DNA from: Balamuthia mandrillaris | Taxonomy: Eukaryota | Assembly: GCA_031835245.2 (NCBI GenBank) | Contig: JAVKOQ020000112.1 | Span: 1 to 64,000, forward strand | Direction: 5' to 3' | Length of the DNA: 64,000 nucleotides | Shown: positions 1 through 13,239 of the stretch, one piece after another | Layout: the number at the start of each line of letters is the position of its first letter | Numbering within the stretch: position 1 is the stretch's first letter | Notes under the pieces: generated by a model | What the model was told of the DNA's origin: nothing | What the model saw: only the letters and a program-made list of their open reading frames with translations | The model's database searches: none | Translations under genes and position numbers: made by a program

Positions 1-145
1 AAGGTTGGTCTCTCTTTTCGCTTTCGTCCTTGTTCCTCTCTTTTCTTTCTTTTTCGTTTTTGCTTTCGTGCATTCTATTTTTTCTCCATTTCTTTTTCGT
101 TTTTATTGCTGATCACTTATTTTATCTTTCAAATACAACGAATAG

Positions 146-297
146 AATTGGCGGAGATAAGGAAAAGTGGGTTGGAAAGGACGCTGATACCGGACTGGGT
201 GGCGGAGCGTTTGCGGGAAGGTGGTAGCAGTGGAGGAAGCAGCAGCCAAGACATGAGCTCCTCCTCCTCTTCTTCTTCCCAAAAGAGTCAGACGTAG
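146..297 (+). CDS. 3' terminal exon of an uncharacterised gene truncated by the window start
   Basis: Pyrimidine-rich intron-like sequence 1-145 ends in AG. It is followed by an open frame (LAEIRKSGLERTLIPDWVAERLREGG...QT) ending TAG at 295-297. Confidence 0.5.
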
Positions 298-594
298 CAG
301 CTACAATGACAAAACGCTTAACGAACCGGTAAACTTGCAGAAATACTCTAAAAAACAACTAAAAGACAGACGAACGAAAAAAAAAAGGAGGGAAACCCTT
401 TCATCTTCTTGACCTTGACCTCCACCACGTTACTCCTCTCTCTCTCTCTCTCTCTCCCTCTCTCCCTCTCTCCCCTCTCTCTCTCCCTCTCTCCCTCTCT
501 CTCTCTCTCCCTCTCTCCCTCATTCTCTATTTTTTGCTTTTATGTTATTTCGTTCAACTATAAAATTATTTCTTTCTTTATTACTATTTACACT

Positions 595-1091
595 TTATCT
601 TTTGTTACATTTGTTCACCCTCTTCTCCTTGTTCTCTTCCTCCTCCTCTCCAGAAGATGCTTTACACGGAGGAGAAGAGGGAGGAGTATAATCTGCAGGT
701 GAAGAAGAAGAACCAGAAACAGAAGAAGAGGAGGAAGTCAAACCAGAGGATAAAGCCCTGGAGACCCCTCTCCGAGCAGCAACAAAGGCGTGATAAACGC
801 CAGCCGCCACAAAGACGCCCCCGCTGCCAACCACCAAGACAGGCACCGCCATGAGGCCTCCGCTCAAAACGCCCCCCACGACGACCCACTGGACGGCCGT
901 CAGGAGGATCCGCGGGGAGAGGGCCACCGCCATGGAGGCCATGAACCCTGCCCCGGTGGCCAACGTCCAGTTTTGGAGGAGGCGGTAGATCCCCTCCAGT
1001 GCGAACCTTCCGCCGAGCAAGAATCCGAAGAAGAAGGCCGTGCCTGTTGCCCGTAGAACCACTTGGGGTTGCAACATGAGAGTAAGAAGGG

Positions 1092-1127
<36 letters not shown>

Positions 1128-1771
1128 GACAGGCAGAGAAGCTGAGAGAGAAGTTTACCTCCAAGTTTGTTGGTGACACCAAAGGAAGGCCAGTTGGCAA
1201 AGAAGCTGCTTCGTTCGAGTGGATGTTGGGTTGCATCTTCCTGTTCAACCAGTTGGCTTTTTTCAATCCACACCCATTCCTCCTCCTCTTCTTCCTCTTC
1301 TTCCTCTCCTTCCTCCTCCTCTGCATCGTTTTCTTCAGAAGGGCTCTTCTGCTGTTTAGGTTTTCCTTCTTCTTGTTGTGCTTGTGGTTCTGTTGTTGTG
1401 GTTGTTGCGTTCTTATGAAGTTGTTCTTCGCTCCAACGATAGGCTCTCTTTCTTCTTGCCTCTTCCATTTGTTCAGCCAAGCTTTTGTCTTCTTCTTGCT
1501 CTCTTTTGACCTTCTCCTCTTCTTCTTTCTCTCCCTCTCCTTCTCCTTGTCCTACCACGACGAACCGTTCGAAGGGAGGGTTGGAGCGCAACCACTCCGA
1601 AAGGCCTGGCAGCTCCTCCGCCGGCACCAGGACGTAGTCCCGCTCTCTGGTTTGTTGATTGGTCATGTCCTCATGCACCCTCGCCAGCAAGGAGGACATC
1701 ATGGCCGTCCTTCCATCTGCCTCCTCTTCTTGCTCTTGAGTGACTACAGTGGTCGTTATGGTGGTGCTCAT
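595..1771 (-). CDS. Uncharacterised membrane protein (acidic N-terminus, hydrophobic C-terminal helices), 2 exons
   Basis: ORF 1094-1771 has an ATG start and a GTAAAC donor at 1158, followed by a CT-repeat intron. It joins ORF 595-1326, which has Gly-rich hydrophobic segments (TAFFFGFLLGG, VVVGGVLSGGLMAVPVLVVG). Confidence 0.6.
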
Positions 1772-1908
1772 CGTTGTTGTCTTCTTCTTTGTTGCTTTCT
1801 TTTGACCAGACGTGTGTTTGTCGACTGAAATTGCATTACCTGTCGACTAATGATTGATTTCTGATTGGTGTTTTGAAATGTATCCTTTGATCATCTGCGT
1901 TTTATTTC

Positions 1909-3111
1909 TTATTTTTCTTGTGGTTCGTCTCCTTTTTTTTTTTGCTCGTCTAGCATCCATGCATAGGGTGTATCTTTCAAGGCCTTTACCACATCCTCCC
2001 AGTTCTGAATGTAGAAAGACTTGGGCTTGTCGTGTAGCTTGAGGAAACTGACAAGCGCTGTTTGAGTCGAGAGTGCTCCACAATCGCATCCGATAAACCT
2101 GGCCAGGCGACAAAGTTCATTTGAAGTGTTGTTGCGGAGCTCCTCGTAGGTCAGGGATGTACGGTAACCCCGCCTACACAAAGCCACAAAGGTTTTCAAT
2201 TTTTTCGCCCAAAAGGAAGATCGCGAAAAAAAAATGAGATTGGTTGGGCGAACCTGTTTTAACTTGCCAGGTTGTTCTTCTATCGCATTTTCACGCTTTT
2301 TGAGAAACATCTTTAGAGAGCCCACATTGGCCTGGATCTTTAGCCGCTCATACTTGGCGGCACACTCCTCCGTGCGGCAGTTCCATTGCGTTTTTTCCAT
2401 TGTTTTGTGTTGTGACCGTGCCTCGTAGGAAAGATAAGCTGCCAACAAGTCTCGCCTCCTCAGCAAAACTACGGAGTAGTCTGTGCTTTTCAACCGGGGC
2501 AACAACCAGGGCTGCTGTACAACGTCGTCGTGCTGAGGAACAGAGTCATCATTGACGGGCCCAAATTAAACAAAACCAGCAGACCCGGAAGGGATGAAAA
2601 CAAACCATAATGATAAATGCGGTGAGGTTTGCATTCTCATGTGTTGCCAATTCTCTCTCAGAGACCTTAGAAGATTTTACAGGCCGCATGTGAGCAAAAA
2701 GTTCCTTTCCAACTGGGAGAGAGAATGATTCCTTGATAAGCTGTGCAAGGATAGACGCGATCATATTATAATGCTAGATGATTTTGTTTTTGAAGGAGTT
2801 TAGTAGGTAGGTACATCTCGAAGGTAGTGTGTGCCGCTGCGTTGCATGGAGTAGATAAAAAACTTTGGGATTCTATCAGCACAAGGTTTGCTGACATGCG
2901 CATAGGGTTCCGAAGACGGAACTGCTGCATCTTTCTTATCTATGCTTACTGCTGTGGGAATTGGTATCAGATGGGGAGACTGCTGAGGTTTTTCTTCCAC
3001 CGGCTGTGGCGTTGCCGACCGAAGCAAACCGTCCCCAAAGCAAAACACCAGCAAAACGCCAACCCCGATAACCACCTGCCTGTCGTTCGGAGGATGTCGA
3101 GTCTTTATCAT
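1909..3111 (-). CDS. Membrane-anchored sulfotransferase (Stf0/P-loop sulfotransferase-like), multi-exon
   Basis: N-terminal hydrophobic anchor. PAPS-binding motif FFIYSMQRSGTHYL, second motif VVLLRRRDLLAAYLS, then LTYEEL and C-terminal IQNWEDV. Confidence 0.75.
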
Positions 3112-3376
3112 TCCTCTTTTTTTTTGTTTGATTTTTTTTTACAACGAAAGGGCACTCTTGACCTTTTATGGAAGCGTGTCGACCAAAATTATATGATGAT
3201 ATGAAATGGATGAGCTGTGAGGAGAGAGCCAGAGAGACAGAGAGGAACTCGGTTAATGGTTTTTACAAGCAAGCAAGAGCTGTGCTCGATGATCTGTTAA
3301 AGTCATGAGTGGCAAGCAATTGGTGTAGCAGCAAACGAAGTAACGGAGTCAACAGGACTGCGAAGGAGGTAAGAGG

Positions 3377-3500
<124 letters not shown>

Positions 3501-3585
3501 GGAGGGACAGTTGGTGAAGTTCGGTGTCATCGCTTGAGGTGCCACCCAAATCACTAATGAAATCAATTACATTGACTTAACGAAG

Positions 3586-4531
3586 AGACAAGCTTCAACA
3601 CAGGAAAACGAGTAATAAGTACTTTATTTGTTTCGACAATAGGAATAGAATTGCACTACTACGAACTTGAAGACCGGAGTGACTTTCGCTTCGAAACTTA
3701 TTTCATCGAAAACAAACCTAAAACCTCCGTGGAACGGGGGTACGTGTTACTCGCAATGCATCCAAAAGGCACCAAACGCTTGGAACGACACCAGAAATAT
3801 CTCGTAGTTTCAGCAAGAAAGAAACCCGAAAACTGTTCTTTAATACATCTGTCAAAGTTCGACCTGTCCGTTACGCCTTATTCATCTGTCCAAAAAGTAC
3901 TCGCTGATTTCCCCGTCCATCCGCAAGACAGTGTTTTGCCGTTGCTCCATTCCCCCAGGCGGTTCACCCGACGACTTTTCGCTGAGATTGCGCGGGATGT
4001 AATGCGCCAAAGCGAGGGACCGGGCCGCCCATTGGTGGAGGCCATGAACAGAAAGGCGAAAAGAGAGGGCAGAATGGATAACGATTTGGTTCCTGATGCA
4101 GCTAGTTTTCATCTGTTTCATCCATCTGTTGGCCCCTTCCCTTCCCTTCCCTTCTCTTTCTTCAAACACTATAAAAATATATATTCTTTTGCAAAGAAAG
4201 AGAGAGAGAGAACAAAACATAAACAAACACTTTTAAAAACTACAAAAAAACACTCTCTCCGCCACTCAACAAAGCAAACGGCATGACGCATTACATGAAA
4301 CTGAAGAGGAAGGGAGCCTTTCAGAAGTACCTCAGGCGGGAGGAGAAGCTCAGCAAAACGCCCATCAGCCAGAGCTGCGAGGATCTCCCTACGGTGAAAC
4401 CCAAAAGCAAAAAGACGATGAGGAAGAGAGCGGGAACCACCACAGAGGAGTACAAGTTAACCAAGAGCTCCACTTTGCCCTCCTTGCCTTATCCCTCTAG
4501 AAAAGGTCCTCTTTACGTTGCTGAATGGTGA
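3586..4531 (+). CDS. Putative uncharacterised protein (gene model uncertain, possibly a pseudogene)
   Basis: Long complex open frame from about 3586 to 4130 plus ORF 4283-4531. No stop-free upstream start exon could be reconstructed and no domain was recognised. Confidence 0.3.
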
Positions 4532-4700
4532 AAGGAAGGGAGGAACGATAGCGAGAGGGAGAGAGAGAAACAAGCTTGTACAAAAAACAAAAAAGATGAC
4601 TGCCAAGAGCTGGTAGTTGCTTGTGTGATTGTGAATATGAAGAAGTAAATAACAAAACTCCAAAGAGTTTTTCACGAAATGTGGTCAGCTATTTTTCCGG

Positions 4701-5315
4701 TCAAGAAAGATACGTCTCTGCGAATTGGTTAACCTCTTCTTCTGTGTGGAGAAGATAGATGCGTGAGAAGCCCTCCGCCTTCATGGGAGCCGTCAGCATC
4801 GACGCGAAGCGATCAATGATGGCGAACCCTTTTCAACAAAGAAATGATCAGTGGACAGCAAGCAAGAAAGGACAATAAAGAAACATCAAAAGAATGAAAG
4901 AGCGAAGGAGAGGATCTAAAAAGACTATTAAATAAATAAGACGGAATGCCAATAGAAAAAGAAGGGCGAGAAAAGTACCTGAATCTCCCTCCTGGATGGT
5001 GGGATGGTCCTTACGCACAAAGACACGTTGTTTACAAACCTCGGGAGGAAGGTCCAGCCATGCTATCTCAATCTGGTAACCAAACTTATGAGCAAACTTT
5101 ATCCAATTATGTCGTTGTTGATAATCAAAGTTGCAGCGATCGATGATAACATTCTAAAAGGAGAGAGAATGTAAGCAACGAACAAGAAAAAGGAGAAGGA
5201 GAACGAGAAGGAGGAGAGTTGAGATGCTACCTTGCCGTTCTTGAGGGCAACTTGCATTGCAGCTTCACATTTTTGCCTTGTTCTGCATTAAATAAAAAGA
5301 AACAAACAGAATCAG

Positions 5316-5347
<32 letters not shown>

Positions 5348-7291
5348 AAAAGAAAAAGAATATGGCAAAGAAAATGACCCCATTTCATCTTGATTGACTC
5401 TTTCCCATTGAGGAAAACCCACGTTGAGCAAGCGATTGGCAAGCGTGGACTTGCCGCTGCCTGGAACGCCCATCAACAACAGGATCCGTTTTTCTCCAAC
5501 CGTACCAGGTTCCTCTTCTACAAAAGGTCTTCCTTCCACGAATGCCATTATGTCCTATTGGTTTGATTATGTTTTTTTGAGCAACAAAAGTGAAATACGA
5601 GCAAGAAAAAGAATAAACGAAAACAAGGGGGAATACCTGTTCATAACGTTTCCACATGGTAGGACTCATGTCAAGGGCCTCACAAAGCGAAGCATCAGTA
5701 ACGGGCGTGTTGGCTTTATGCAGCTTGTCAAGAGCGTACAAAACCTCCGCTTGCAGCGCTAAGTCGAATTGTTCTCTGTGATGAGGCTCTATGTCGCGAG
5801 GTTTTATCTTAAAGAGAGAGTCTCTGCTAATAGCCGCTCCTCTTCCGTTCAACAAGTACAATACAAAACCTTCTGCCAGGAATCGGTCCAGTTGGAAGGA
5901 ATACGGAAGAGAATGCCGCTCGCGATGTTCTTTGTTGACTTGAGCGCATTCCTGTTGAATCTTTTGACAGCATTTTTGAAGATGAGCGCTGCTTTGAAAC
6001 GGATGAGGCCCGGCCATCTTCAAGAAAGAAAGACTCGCAGAATCAGAAGGAAAGAGAAGTTCATCTCGTTCGTTCTCAGCAGTGATTGCTTGCTGATTCT
6101 CCTTCTCTTGGTGGTCTGTCACTCTTGTTGTCCTTTGTAATGACGAAGAGGGATAGAGAAGAGGAAGAATGGAGCCCTCGTGTGTGGTAGAGAAAAGTGG
6201 AGCTAGGAAGAGGTCAGGATGGTAGCGAATCAGGTGCGGATTCTTTGCTCCGCACAACTCAAAAGTAAGGGACTGTACACTTCTTTCACGTAAAGGATTC
6301 AAAAGCGTTGGAAATGAGTCGTCATTCAGCCGTAATGGAGTTTTGAGACCAAAAGGCAATCTGCGATTCCTGTTTCGCTTCGCAGCTTTTCCCTCCCCTT
6401 CCTCCCCTTCCTCTCTTTCTTCCTCTTCTTCTCTGTTAGATTGCTGAGAAGCAGGCAACAGTGCCTCCAGTGTGAGAGACAACAGATCGGAATAGGGAGT
6501 ATCCAAGAGGAAGGGAGCAAATCTGGATTTGGCCGTTACGTGGTGTTCGCCTGCTCCGTCCCTGTACTTGTAGAACGTGATGGCATCACCGTTCCATTTC
6601 TGTTATTTGTCCCACCACCAGAAGCAAAGACAACGTTCAGAACGAGCGAAGGAGAGAGAACTCAAAGGGAAACGAACCTTGGAGAGATAAAACTGCGAGC
6701 AAGGACCAAAGTCCTTGAACGGTTTATCGGAGGCCTCCGTTTCCTCGCTGTCGGGGCCTTTAAACTTGTAAGGCATTTGGATACGTGGCACGCCAAAGAT
6801 CACAAGCGGGCTATCCCCCAGCGCCTCCTCGTTGATAGCCGTAATGAACAAGGAACCCGAGTGCCGTCCCTCCTGGTTTTGGTTGTTTAACATGATAGAG
6901 AAGGACGAGAACCAACAAGGAAGGAAGGAAGGAAGGCAGAAAAAGGGAGAGTAGAAGAACGAATGAAAAGACAACGCCAGACAGATCGTGTGAAAGAGAA
7001 GAAACGAGACCAACCTGTTTGCAAACAAAGCCGGAAAGCTTGTTCGACGGATTGAACGGATCCCTAGCATCGAACCAAACGCACTGGCCATTACCGCACT
7101 GGAAATAATTGGCCGCTCTTCAAAATAAAGATTGAAAATCGCAAAGAACGAAGAAGAAAAACAAAAAGCAAACGTCATCGGAAAGAAAAAGAACAAGCTG
7201 ATGATGCGAAAGAGAAAACGTACAAAGCTTGGGCTTGCCTATCGGGTTTGGTCTTGCCCACCGCTCGTTGAACTCCCCTTCCGTTCCTCAT
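4701..7291 (-). CDS. RNA ligase (T4 Rnl1-like) fused to a C-terminal polynucleotide kinase-like P-loop (AAA_33) domain, multi-exon
   Basis: Spliced reading gives ligase motif I YLSK|KWNGDAITFY, motif III SLTFELCGAKNPHLIRY, motif IV AEGFVLY and motif V LFKIKP. The kinase follows: MGVPGSGKST, VNQD, NVIIDRCNF, RKDHPTI. Putative ATG at 7291, TGA at 4701-4703. Confidence 0.8.
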
Positions 7292-7505
7292 CTTTCGAAG
7301 ATCTTCTTGCTTATTTATTTTTTTTTGATAATTTTTTGAGTATAAAATTTTTCGCAGAAACGAATTTGCCTGAGGAGTAAAAGACAGTTCATAGGATGCT
7401 TTGTTCGTGTCGTCATGAAAATTTCTATTCTAAAAAAAATAAGAAAAAATAAAAGAAAAAATAAAAGAAAAAATGTGTTATACAAATCCAAAAAAAAAAA
7501 GTGAA

Positions 7506-10500
7506 TCATAGGGTTTGGTTCGAATGCGAAAGACGAAGGCCGGTCCTTTGTCTTGCCAACGAAGCACGTACGTAAAGCTCCTCTGCCTCCTGCGCGTTCT
7601 TGCCTCGACAGCTTAAAAAGTCGGCAAAGGCCTGTAATGCCACCGGGTCATCGTCCCCTTCCCTCAGCTCGATTGCTTTGCGATAGTGCAGCTCCGCCTC
7701 CTCCGCCAGCTCCATCGTCTCGTCCAGGAATTGGGCGTACTTCACGTGGCAGTCCACGTGGCCGGGGTCCAGTTTGAGCGTGTGGAGAAACGTGGCGTTG
7801 GCTCTCGCGCTGTCGCCGGAGCAGGCCAGGCAGTGCGCCCATTGGGTCAGAGCGCGAACGTCCGATGGATTGCTCTCGACTGCTTTTTCAAATTGTTCTG
7901 CTGCCAATCTTTGTGAATGTCAGCAAAACAAGAACAGAAAGAACAAAGTAGAGAGAGACAAAGAAAGAGGAGAGAGAAGTAGAGAAGCAGAGTAGAGAAC
8001 AAGAAAAAGAAACGACTTTTGAGAAATCCCGAGAAACGAAAGAGAGGAAGGAAAAGAAAGAAGAGAGTAACTGAAAGTATTTCCGGCTTTCTCCAGGGGA
8101 TGTAACGTCCAATACAATTGCTCTTGCTTTTAATACAAATCCCAATGCAAAATGCACTGATAGCAAAGATGATGATCGTTAATAAAAACACAAACAACAG
8201 CCAAAACAAAAACAATACCAATATTGAGATGCTTCACGCGAACACCCATCGCTTGAATATCAGAAGCATGAAACGGTTTCACCAATTGCTGAGTGAAGAA
8301 CTCGCGATCCAAGGCATCCACGTGTGGCACGCATTCCAATTGTGCCATTTCCTTCAAGCGATGAAAGAGCAGCGCCAAGGAAGCAAAAGGATCGGAAAAG
8401 CAAAGCTCGTCCTGCTGCTTCTTTTCCGTCTCGTCCGTTGAAGTTGTCGGCATTGCTACCACTTGACTGCTTTGAATACCTCCTATTACCATTTGCAACA
8501 TTCCTCCCGCTTCCATTTTTTTGGCCTTGTTTTTGTTCTTGCTTTTGTTTTTTTGTTGTTCTTTCTTGTCCTTTTTCGTTCGTTGTTGTTGCTGTTCTTT
8601 CGTTTTCTTGCTTTTGGATGAAAATATAGATGATATTGCTGAAGAGGAAGATGAGGAGTTCGAAGAAGACAAAGTGGAAGCAGCAGAAGGGGATGAGGAA
8701 GCAGCAGCAGTAGGAGGAGCTGAGGAAGAGAGATTTGACGTTTGCTTTGTATTGAAATTCTGTCCAAAGAAGATAGTTTTCAAACTTAGCTGGTTTTTTT
8801 TTTCGTCCTTCTGTTCCAACTCTTCCACGCCTCCCACATACTTCTTCGTTAACATCGGCAGCAAAACTTGATCCCAATATTGAGCGGAGGCAGGACTGTC
8901 CCCAAAAAGCAAGTTGAGATGGTCAGCGATGACGCCATGAGCTTCCTGTGACCGACCCAGGCCATTGCTCTGATGGTGAAGCTGCAGTCGCAGAGCAGCT
9001 CGCAACTCTGTTTTGCTGCACCGAGCTATCATCTCTATCAATAGCAGATGCTTACTTTCCCTGCGGCTTACCAAAGAGCGCAACAAACCAAGATAGCGCA
9101 TGTTGATGCCGCGTTTATGAAGCTCAAAGCTTAACTTACGTCGCCGCATGAGCGAGAGGAGGTAATGCGGGTCTGCCTCGAAGAGGGAGGCCTGAGCGGG
9201 GATGACTTGTTGGATGAGGCGCTTTGTGGCCTCCTCCACCTCTTTGTTGTGGCTGCGCTGTTCTGTATCGTGTATCTGAAACCCTGATAGAGCTGTATGC
9301 ACAGATGAGACAGAATGATGACGGTGAGAGTGAACGAGAACAAGAGAGGTGTGAGAAAAGGAATGAGGGTCGTTAAATAACAGGGAGAAATACCATCAGA
9401 ACACAAAGGCACAGGGTTGGTTTTTACAAGTTCGGGTCGCAGCAGCCAATACAAATTACTGCCAGTCTGCCTACATTGGTGTAATAAACGTATGAAGGGA
9501 GTATTAAAAAGCCTGATTCATTTTTGGAGAAGGAACAGAACAAAAATGAAACTCACGCTGGAAAATGAAGAGGATATTCTGCTGGAAACACCCGTGCAAA
9601 GTCGAGCAAGTAAAACCGATTCGTTTTCTACAAACATGCCAAGAGACAAGTAGAAGCTGATGGTAAACACAAGGAACCCAAGATAGAGGAAGGCTGACTA
9701 ACCTTGACATAATGGCCTTCTATATCAGCAGGCATGTACATTCTTTGCGGCTTTCGACATGGCCTGGATCCAGCCACATGCTCCTTCAAGTTTAGCTGCA
9801 CAGCCAATGCCTTGATTCTCCCTTTCCATCCTTTCGCTTGCTCCAAAGCATCATCATCTTCACCGCCAGGGGAGAAGACCGTCCTTCCTCCATCCGCTGA
9901 TCCATAGACCAAAGTAGAGACCCCAGAAATGGGCAGCAAGGCAGAGGCCAACAAACGAAAGCCCCGATGGTCAATGAGGCAGGCCAAAGGAAAACATAGG
10001 CCCCCAGAAGCGCCGGTACTTTGGCTGCCTTTATGGCTGCTCCAACTGGCGCGGCTGTTCAGGCAGGCGCCCAGGCCTTTGAGCTCGTGGGAGGCCACTT
10101 TGCCGGCCAAGCCAGCGTCGTTGTTGTAAAGGCCGCTGGTGTCGCGGGCAAACTTGAAGAGAATCTTGCGAACGATGTATCTATTGGTTTAGGAGAAGCA
10201 GAAGAGAAGAGAGAGAAGCGAAGAAGCAGAGAAGCAGAGAAGAGAGATCAATAAAACAAGGGAAGAGAAGAAAGACAAGAAGAGCAAACTTTTCGCCGCC
10301 AGCAATACCGCCAGCAGAGGCTGGAGGGATGGTTTTTTCCCCATCGGGCAAACACTGCTCGCGTATGATGATGGTGCCATAGAGCTTGGCCGTCTCCATA
10401 AAATCCATCGCCAGCTGTTTGATCTGATCATAAACTAAAGCATTTTGGAGGGCCGAAAAAAGTTTAGAAAAACAACGAAAAAAAAAAAACCGATCGGAAA

Positions 10501-10804
10501 CGAAACCTTCTTGTTGCATGGAAAGAGGGCAGTTGTCCTCCAGCTCTTTGAGCCTCTCCAAATAGTGCTGGAACGCAGAGTCCCAGTCATCCCCTTTGGC
10601 TTCGTCTCTTGCGGTGCTTGCCCTCTCCTCACCACCCGGCTTGCAGTTGTTCTGCTCCTCGCCGCTCAACAACGACGCCGTCACATCCTCATAGCCGCTT
10701 TCATTTTCTTCCTTCGCACCGGTGGGTGCGCCGTACGAGTTGCCTTCGCAGCGAGGAACCTCTTCGTACCCATCATCGCCGACTACGTCGTCTTCTCTTT
10801 CCAT
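7506..10804 (-). CDS. CLU-domain (clustered mitochondria/Clueless-like) protein with C-terminal TPR repeats
   Basis: Motifs AGGIAGGEK, KVASHELKGL, PLACLIDHRGFRLLA, LVYGSADGG, ADIEGH, LLRPELV, LHKRGINMRYLG and EMIAR. The last exon is TPR-like (AEELHYRKAIE-type repeats). Confidence 0.85.
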
Positions 10805-11229
10805 TCTTTTCTTTCTTTCTCCATTACATGTTTGTATGTCTACAATAATTCGTACGGTGTCGTGTCGTCATTGGAATGAGAATAAACCCTTGAGCACAAA
10901 AGATGCTCTATTGGAGCAACTTTCCTGGTCAACCAAATTTAATTTTTCTTGGAAAAATTTGGCATTACCTGCAATGAAAATGACGAAGAGGAAGAAGGGA
11001 CCAGAGGATGAGGACGAGGAGGTGGGAAGAAGAGAGCAGCGGCAGTAAATCAGAAGCCAAAGCACCAAACGACGGAGATGAAGGTGAAGTAGAGGTCGAA
11101 AGAAGAAGTGATCCAAAAACGCTTCCTCTCCTGTCAATCGAAGGTTTTGTGAGTTAACGCATGTGTTTACATAAACAAAGAGACAAAAGCGAGTTGCCTG
11201 TGAGAAGAGGTGATTGTGGCCACTTTTGG

Positions 11230-12284
11230 TTACGTTGTGCGCACTGTGTTTATCATCCGCAAAAGAAGGTTGAGCGGCCAATCTTTCAACAAGACGCAAC
11301 TGTTCTTGTGTCCTCCATGCAACATCCGAAACAGCAACAAGCGCAAGGCCTGGGGTTGGTCGTTTATCATCTGGATGCGTGCTTCCTTGGATACCTCGTC
11401 GACGGCCAGTTTGGCAAGCAGATCGTCGAGGTAATGACATAACATCGCGTATTCACGTTGCACTTGTTGATAGAGAAGTTTCCATTGGGGAAAACGACGC
11501 AAGAACGGAGGAAGAATGCTCAACGCTGCTTGCTCGTTATTGTTGATGGATGGAAGAAGAGAAGAGGTACGAACCAACTCCAATAAAAGACGGCGGGTGC
11601 GGTCTTCGTCGTCAGAGCGCCAAGTTAAAGATTCCAATGCAACATGAGCGGTGGACTTGACTTTTAGACGATGAAAGTGGTCGTCTACCACCACGAATCC
11701 TCCTAGTTGTGTTGGCTCTAATCGTTCAGCTGCCGCGACCACGTCTTCCAATGAATGGAAGCCAGGGGTAAAGACCCGTTGCACACATGCCCAGCCGTAT
11801 AGACTTGCATAATCTTCAAAGTTTCTTACTTCCTTCAAAGTGCGCAAGTCACGCATCCCATGCAACGCCAACAGCTCGACTTCCTCTTCTGATAGTTGTT
11901 CGTGTTTGTTGCCTTCGTCAAAGTAAGCTCTTTCACGAGCAAGGATTAAGCGTTGACGGTCACTTCGCAGCACAAACATGTAACAAAAATGTTGTGCATC
12001 TTCTTCGGATGGATATTGATAGTTTTGCTTTCGCCAAATGTCCCAAAACACATCAGCAAAAGTTATTTCCAATCGTTTGTAAGAAGAAGAGGAAGAAGAA
12101 GCAAAGAGAGATGCAACTTGGTTTGGATAGTAGAAAGCGGAGTGGTCTGTTTCTTCAGATTGAGAGTCATTGTTGCTGCAATGACTTCGATTTTCACGAG
12201 CCCAGTTCCATTGAAGTTTTGCTTCGAAAAAGTCCCACGGATTATAACCTATGTCATGAATTAGCAATTATGCCAACAAAACAA

Positions 12285-12330
<46 letters not shown>

Positions 12331-13180
12331 AGGAGGAGGAGAGAGAAGAGAAGATAAAAGCCAAAACACCAAACAAGGTAGATCGAGAAGAAAGAAAACG
12401 TACATGGCTTGCTGGAATAGTAATAGTACCGATGCTGATCTGTAAGCAACGTGTTCAACCGTTCGGAGCCATCAGGAGTCTCGCGAGAGGCCACTCGCCA
12501 TCTTCCTCTGTGATAGTACAGAATAGCAATGGAGCCCTCTACCTTCTCATAGACTCTTGCAGTGTTCCAATCCATTTGGTGGATGGTAGCTGCTGCTTCT
12601 TTGCGTGTGTGACTGAAGAAAAGGTCGTAAGGATAACTCACCACTCTCCATCTGCCTTTACTTTTGTTCCCGGTTGTTGTGTTTTGTTCATTGTTGTCTA
12701 TGAAAGAAGAAGATAAAGAAGAAGAAGAAGAACAAGGAGAAAAGGCTAAGATGAGGCCATGAGCACATTCGGCAACCACAGGGTGGTCGTAAGGAGAATG
12801 AACTTGGTCTGCACAAAAGTGAAAGATGTGTTCCGCCTCATCATTCACTCCATCCTTCTCTTTTTCTTTCTCCTCTTCGTCATTGCAAAGCTCAGTAATG
12901 TTGATTGAAAGCTCTCTACGGAGAGCTTCTGGCCCGTCATACTGTTCCATGTAGGCTATCGTATGTAGCACATTCTCGGTTGTTGGTTTATAAGGTTTTG
13001 GGGTGCTGAGCTCCGTGAGCAACGAGTAGTAATGCTCAAAAGTGGGTTTGTATTTGTCTTCATAGCGAGGCCACTGTTGTGAGGTATCTGCCATTATCTG
13101 CAGCATACAGTTACACATGATGAGACCAGCAAAATCGACGAGATGAAGAAAGAAGGAAAGAAGGAATGGACAAGAACGAG

Positions 13181-13239
<59 letters not shown>

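Noticed and set aside
3200..3368. Short ORF with an in-frame TGA at 3306 (possible selenocysteine or readthrough) before a GTAAG donor
   Set aside because: No SECIS or recognisable domain, and the splice phase does not match the downstream open frame.
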